Below are positions 35,098-37,387 of a stretch of DNA of 37,387 nt, piece by piece (the first letter of the stretch is position 1; each line of letters starts with the position of its first letter). The stretch comes from Octopus bimaculoides (Eukaryota): the NCBI RefSeq assembly GCF_001194135.2, contig NC_068981.1, positions 79,887,766 to 79,925,152 on the forward strand, given 5' to 3'. The notes beneath the pieces were generated by a model. It saw only the letters and a list, made by a program, of their open reading frames with translations, was not told the DNA's origin and ran no database searches. The position numbers and the translations under genes are program-made.

Positions 35098-35815
35098 ATG
35101 AAGCCACGCGTAAGTTACATGTGTATATCGGACGAAGATAGGGCAAGGCTGGTTGACGGCTTTGAGGGGCACCAAACCCATTACCTGTAACTGGCAGAAC
35201 ACTTGGTATTAAAAGAAGTACTGCCCGATACATAGTAGCGACCTACCTACGATCTGGGTGACGTCACAAGTTGCCCGGAGGCGGTGCCCACCACGTTAAG
35301 GTTGATGAGGAAATGTGAGCCAGGCTTCAAATGATTATTGATGCCAACTCACTCGCAACCCTTCAACAGATGATGAAGGACTTAAAGGCAGCATCGCCCG
35401 GAAAGCCGCCTGTTTCCGTGTCTGCAATCTCACGGGCTCTAGATGGGATGTCGATAACTATGAAGTTGGCCGAAGGCATCCCAGATGCAAAAAACGCCCT
35501 AAGAACTTTGGAAAAGCGTTATGAGTACGCACATTGGTTCATGGAAGAGGGAGCCGTCAGCCATTGCATATCCATTGATGAATGTAGATACATTTGGACC
35601 AGGCGGTCTTTTGGACTAGCTCCTCGCGGCGTTCCTGTTCGCCGAGTTGTCAACCGTCAGCGAGGGAAAAACTGCAACGTCACTTGCGCGGTGTCGGGAG
35701 AAGTCGGCCTGGTTCACCACTCCATTGCGAATGATATTGTTACACGAAACTCTTTCGAGGAGTTCTTGGCAGAAAAAGTTCGAGCTAGCGACATGTTCCC
35801 AGCAGATGAATCCGT
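35098..35815 (+). mobile_element. IS630/Tc1-like DDE transposase remnant, truncated by a SINE
   Basis: MKPRVSYMCISDEDRARLV...GIKRSTARYIV (HTH), then ORF 35331 with CISIDE...WTRRSFG.APRG...QRGKN...AVS..GL.H, the IS630-type DDE_3 pattern. It stops before the 2nd catalytic Asp. Confidence 0.8.
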
Positions 35816-35888
35816 CAACTGGGGTGGATGTAATCAACTAGTCTCCCACCCCACACAAATTTGAGGCCTTGTGCTTCCAGTAGAAAGG
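35816..35888 (+). mobile_element. 3' fragment of a family A SINE ending in (ATT)n
   Basis: CTGGGGTGGATGTAATCAACT...AAATTTGAGGCCTTGTGCTTCCAGTAGAAAGG followed by (ATT)n. Confidence 0.75.
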
Positions 35889-35986
<98 letters not shown>

Positions 35987-36004
35987 CATTATTATTATTA
36001 TTAT
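35889..36004. repeat. (TAT)n microsatellite with occasional CAT
   Basis: Direct reading. Confidence 0.95.
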
Positions 36005-36005
36005 A

Positions 36006-36537
36006 GACGTCGCACAGTATACAATATCGTGAGGTTGTTGAATGAAGATATTGTGTCTACCGGGAGTTAGTACTGTTTGTCAAGTCACAACAAGGACCTC
36101 AGACAGACAGTACTTTTCACAATATGTGTGCAGTTCCAAGTAATGCTAATTTTTGCAATACACCTAGATTGTAGGGTATTTCTAAAGTTTGCAGATGTTT
36201 TTTCAGATTGGGTGGTATTGAACCCAATGCTCTGATGACAATAGGGATAATCTTTATGTTTGACTCTCGTAGCTGCCACATCTTAGCGATCTCAACTCGC
36301 AGGTCTCCATATTTATCAACCATTTCTCTTTCTTTCATGATGATATGTTGATCACCTGACACTGCCACATCAATAATTAGGCACTAAAGGTTACCATATC
36401 TGGCCTTCAGTGCTCTAATACCTTGTCTGTCTGGAAGTTAAAGTCCCAGAGGATTTTTGCCTTCCTCTTTTCGTCCATTACCTTTTCCGGTGTATGTTGG
36501 TACCAAGCACCCATAACCTCATATCCATACTTGCAGT
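36006..36537 (-). mobile_element. R4/Dong-clade non-LTR retrotransposon, 5'-truncated (RLE domain plus 3' UTR)
   Basis: WYQHTPEKV...KILWDFNFQTD...RPD...IIDVAVSGD...DKYGDL..EI.KMW...IPIVI.ALG...LQKLALLGTAHIL. Flanked by (TAA)n on both sides. Confidence 0.88.
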
Positions 36538-36578
36538 ATATTATTATTATTATTATTATTGTTGTTGTTGTTGTTGTT
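36538..36578. repeat. (TTA)n(GTT)n compound repeat, the tail of the second Dong copy
   Basis: Direct reading. Confidence 0.9.
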
Positions 36579-36945
36579 CAACTGCATCACCAGCTTCACC
36601 TCCGTGTTGCTAGGGCGTATGGAGTATTGCGTATTCTTCCGTTGTCGTTACAAGAGCGCACGTTCTTCCCAGTATTGTATTGTGTTACTTTTTTTTCCCT
36701 CTTGAGGTGTGGTTACAGTCTTTTGTTGTATTACTGGTTGTATTGTGTGTTTAGCGTGTAATGCGTTTGTTATTTGACTTGCTGGTGGAAGTTCACTAGG
36801 TACTTGCTATAGGAATGTGCCTTGTGTATGTGAGTTGTTTCGTTTAGATTGTATCATTGAATCGATAGCATCTTACATAGGATATGGGCTGTTTCTCACA
36901 GGGTTATTTTTGGGATAGCGTGTAGGGTTGAAGATCCAGATATAG
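36579..36945 (-). mobile_element. Second R4/Dong 3' fragment from a different subfamily
   Basis: Minus-strand ISGSSTLHAIPKITL*ETAHILCKMLSIQ* (stop at 36854-36856) parallels the LQKLALLGTAHIL terminus of the neighbouring copy. An unrelated ~275-nt 3' UTR ends in (AAC)n(AAT)n. Confidence 0.7.
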
Positions 36946-37073
36946 CTTATACGTTTTTGTTCATATGTTTTCTTTTATCATGCCCAATGCTCCAATGTAT
37001 TAGAAATAATTTTTCCTCTCTCTTTGGATCTCTCAAAAAGTTTGAATTGTTCTTTTTGAACTTATTTTTTCTC

Positions 37074-37074
<1 letters not shown>

Positions 37075-37140
<66 letters not shown>

Positions 37141-37343
37141 TATATGCACATATATAATAGATGCATACTCCATGTATCATTGTATCGACCAGATTATCAA
37201 ATGTTAGACACCGCTGGTCAAGGCGTTTCCTGGCATCGCCGTAACTTTTTGAATGACGTCACTTCGGTGGCTAGATGAGCAGGACAACATACATACACAC
37301 ATTCATATACTCACACGCAAACATACATATACATATATACATG

Positions 37344-37387
<44 letters not shown>
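37075..37387. repeat. (TA)n/(CA)n microsatellites with an intervening probable repeat fragment (~37185-37285)
   Basis: Direct reading of the microsatellites. The intervening piece is unclassified. Confidence 0.85.

Noticed and set aside
35574-35585. IDEC peptide as the next calcium-binding EGF exon
   Set aside because: It is the first catalytic Asp region (CISIDE) of the IS630-like transposase, and there is no phase-1 acceptor in frame.

Overview
Eukaryotic, AT-rich, repeat-dominated draft-genome window with scaffold N gaps at 1027-1452, 5894-6674, 8486-8569, 12069-12425 and 21697-22428, plus 10-N joins. The SINE families and dense (CA)n/(TA)n/(AG)n/(TAT)n microsatellites look like an octopus genome; this is recognition from memory, not a database match. 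Most of the window is decayed, nested transposons: Ty3/Gypsy (gag-protease with 5' LTR and PBS, an integrase-3' LTR piece, solo LTRs), two RTE LINEs, two Tx1/L1-group LINE pieces, a Penelope-like element, two R4/Dong pieces, hAT, DD37D/maT, IS630-like and pogo-like DNA transposon remnants, and three tRNA-derived SINE families. One host gene is well supported: three frame-compatible + strand exons (22916-25117), and probably one or two more upstream, encoding a Cys-rich protein with an EGF-like module. Two CpG-rich promoter-like motif clusters lie at ~6.9 kb and ~20.3 kb. The most interesting observations are a SINE whose 3' tail matches the 3' end of the Tx1-type LINE in the same window, and a type I hammerhead-ribozyme-like motif with a palindromic stem III at the end of the Penelope remnant. 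Also notable are head-to-tail SINE arrays separated by a recurring locus-specific linker and two Dong fragments stacked in (TAA)n tracts. There are no CRISPR arrays, rRNA genes or true tRNA genes, and most ORF-track entries are gap or microsatellite artefacts. All calls were made by eye without searches, and TE boundaries without TSD/TIR evidence are approximate.
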